Source: Candidatus Saccharimonadota bacterium (GTDB lineage: Bacteria; Patescibacteriota; Saccharimonadia; Saccharimonadales; AQU-01). Taken from it: a stretch of 64,000 nucleotides of DNA. The notes below the pieces were generated by a model. The model had not been told where the DNA came from. It saw only the letters and a list, made by a program, of their open reading frames with translations, and made no database searches. Shown piece by piece: positions 62,695 to 64,000 of the stretch. A program made the position numbers and the translations under genes. The stretch covers positions 2,136 to 66,135 of the forward strand of contig JAHBAU020000005.1 of NCBI GenBank assembly GCA_018499905.2, read 5' to 3'. Numbering within the stretch: the first letter of the stretch is position 1; every line of letters begins with the position of its first letter.

Positions 62695-62722
62695 TTGACA
62701 AAAAAGCATAAGCATGTATAAT
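62695..62722 (+). promoter_or_regulatory. Strong sigma70-like promoter
   Basis: TTGACA, 16 nt, TATAAT. The spacer shares AAGCATAAG with the promoter at 13475. Confidence 0.5.
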
Positions 62723-62780
62723 AATACGTGTTAGTGATCACAAACAAACAGCCAAAAATAAATCAAAAGGAAACAACACG

Positions 62781-62873
62781 ATGTCATTTTTAAAAAGCGG
62801 TTTAGCCTTCGAACTTATCCCAAGCAGCAATGCAACGATAGCCGAAATAGACACTTTGCTTGATCAGTTGTAA
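62781..62873 (+). CDS. Candidate 30-aa small protein
   Basis: AAAGGA RBS 9 nt upstream. MSFLKSGLAFELIPSSNATIAEIDTLLDQL. Bracketed by the promoter at 62695 and the terminator at 62899. Confidence 0.4.
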   Translation: MSFLKSGLAFELIPSSNATIAEIDTLLDQL

Positions 62874-62898
62874 TAACTACTCACTGCACTAACAGATG

Positions 62899-62931
62899 AA
62901 AGAGCCTGAATCTTACGAGCAGGCTCTTTTT
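62899..62931 (+). terminator. Intrinsic terminator after the small ORF
   Basis: AAAGAGCCTG, 11-nt loop, CAGGCTCTTT plus TT. Confidence 0.7.
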
Positions 62932-62966
62932 AGTCACGCGGATGTATCGTATAGTCTGGCATCAAG

Positions 62967-63560
62967 ATGAGACAGCCAATTCTACTAGAAGCGGGACTAG
63001 AGCTCAATATGGTATACAGACGAGCTGCACGTTTCTTTCCAGAGTATGTTCATGGCGCAACACTTGCGGTTCCTGTACTCCAAGTGGAGTTTATGAATCA
63101 TGTTGCAGCAGTTAATGATCGCCACGAGGGCTTGCCTATGGCTTTACGAGAAGCCGACAGGCTACAGCTATGTGAATCAGCTGCAGAGCTCGAAGCTGCA
63201 ATCAGAGGTGCAGATAGTCTAGGAATTGCCGTGAGGACTGATCAGAGTGGATACACTAACCACGATCGGCTAGTTGCCGAGTACGGTTCGCCAAGAGTCA
63301 CGGAAGATATTGATGTCTTACGATTTACTCAAGATGCAGTCACGGGCGCTATTGTCCAGCCGCGCCACACAGTACAAGATGATACGTATGACCCGCAAAT
63401 TAATTTACGAGTTATGTCTGATCACGACCCACTCCTGACAGCCCGAGGTGATGATGGTCAGTTTAGGCAGGTGCCCAGTCCTGGCAGGTGGTACAAGTTT
63501 CCGCTCGATGCAGTACTGGTTGCGGGTATAGGCTACCGTGAGACTGGTCAACAGATATAA
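62967..63560 (+). CDS. Hypothetical protein (197 aa)
   Basis: Uninterrupted ORF with typical codon composition. No recognised domain. Confidence 0.5.
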   Translation: MRQPILLEAGLELNMVYRRAARFFPEYVHGATLAVPVLQVEFMNHVAAVNDRHEGLPMALREADRLQLCESAAELEAAIRGADSLGIAVRTDQSGYTNHDRLVAEYGSPRVTEDIDVLRFTQDAVTGAIVQPRHTVQDDTYDPQINLRVMSDHDPLLTARGDDGQFRQVPSPGRWYKFPLDAVLVAGIGYRETGQQI

Positions 63561-63653
63561 ATCGTGGTATATTGAACCCCGTTATTAGCCCTTGAAGCAC
63601 ACAAAGGGAACAGAGTAACCGGAGCAAAACCGTAGGTTTGTCTCCAAAAAACT

Positions 63654-63730
63654 TGGCAGGGTAGCTCAGTTGGTTAGAGCACAGGACTCATAAGCCTGGG
63701 GTCGCGAGTTCAAATCTCGCCCCTGCTACC
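63654..63730 (+). tRNA. tRNA(CAU), elongator type (Met or Ile2), CCA encoded
   Basis: GGCAGGG-TA-GCTC-AGTTGGTTA-GAGC-A-CAGGA-CTCATAA-GCCTG-GGGTC-GCGAG-TTCAAAT-CTCGC-CCCTGCT-ACCA. The 31:39 position is an A/G mismatch. Confidence 0.85.
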
Positions 63731-63733
63731 AAA

Positions 63734-63762
63734 TAAAAAACCTTCCTTTCGGGAAGGTTTTT
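63734..63762 (+). terminator. Intrinsic terminator after the tRNA
   Basis: AAAAAACCTTCC-TTTCG-GGAAGGTTTTTT. Confidence 0.8.
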
Positions 63763-63850
63763 TATTTGGTCATCGGCTGATTGTGTTCGTGACCCCAGTG
63801 GCGGTCGCAGAATTTTGTCAAATCTATTGATTTGTACAAAATATAGCGAT

Positions 63851-63920
63851 GGCAGAACTAGTAGCGCAAGCGGATAGTTATGTCATCTAAGCGTTCGTTC
63901 AAATCTCGCCCCTGCTACCA
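63851..63920 (+). pseudogene. Degenerate tRNA copy sharing the 3' 24-26 nt of tRNA 63654..63730
   Basis: GGCAG...TCAT..AAGC...GTTCAAATCTCGCCCCTGCTACCA. The acceptor and T stems no longer pair and it is 7 nt shorter than the intact gene. Confidence 0.4.
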
Positions 63921-63927
63921 AACAAAG

Positions 63928-63953
63928 AACCTTCCTTTTGCGGAGGGTTTTTT
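63928..63953 (+). terminator. Second, diverged copy of the tRNA terminator
   Basis: CCTTCC-TTTTGC-GGAGGG followed by TTTTTTG. Colinear with 63734-63762. Confidence 0.55.
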
Positions 63954-64000
63954 GTTTGGTGAGAGTGATTGGTCGCGACCCCAGTGGCGCATGGCTCTGG

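Noticed and set aside
1-64000. CRISPR arrays, rRNA genes, transposase/IS elements, prophage structural genes
   Set aside because: There are no regularly spaced direct repeats, no rRNA-like conserved stretches, no DDE/IS-type ORFs and no capsid, tail or terminase-like ORFs. The only recombinase is the serine integrase at 51741.
1-64000. Alternative genetic code (UGA recoding, as in some CPR lineages)
   Set aside because: Long uninterrupted ORFs with recognisable full-length domains are obtained with the standard bacterial code, and several genes end in TGA. There is no sign of in-frame TGA inside conserved domains.

Overview
Gene-dense bacterial chromosome segment (about 90% coding, standard code 11, roughly 47-50% GC by eye). 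It has many small, N-terminally membrane-anchored hypothetical proteins and a reduced-looking housekeeping set. By inference only, this fits a Patescibacteria/CPR (Saccharibacteria-like) or similarly streamlined Gram-positive-type genome.

Recognisable content:
- Core and transport: partial mscL, a Mur ligase, an ABC-2 exporter, Dus, an FtsB/DivIC-like protein, MFS transporters and an OmpR/HisKA two-component pair.
- Redox: two thiol-disulfide (CcdA/DipZ, thioredoxin, NrdH) modules, and an FMN-binding/ApbE/RnfD-FNR flavin module.
- A run of small accessory enzymes, including five NUDIX proteins.
- RNA-related: an RRM RNA-binding protein and three tRNA(CAU) genes.

The stand-out feature is an AT-rich island of about 6.45 kb (46809-53266) inserted at the 3' end of an initiator-type tRNA(CAU).
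- Its att sites can be reconstructed by hand.
- The reading frame of its large serine recombinase runs across attR into the tRNA.
- Its cargo looks defence-like: an OLD-family ATPase-Toprim nuclease convergent with an uncharacterised operon. That operon encodes a 386-aa protein with a C-terminal HEPN RNxxxH motif plus a 3-TM protein, separated by a hairpin-rich attenuator-like spacer.

Other notable items:
- A terminator-ended leader with a 29-codon uORF in front of an unknown/Asp-racemase/Pro-iminopeptidase operon.
- Two nested inverted-repeat elements in convergent intergenic gaps.
- A 30-codon ORF with its own strong promoter and terminator.
- A duplicated tRNA 3' end with a degenerate tRNA copy at the window's right edge.

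No rRNA or CRISPR array was seen.
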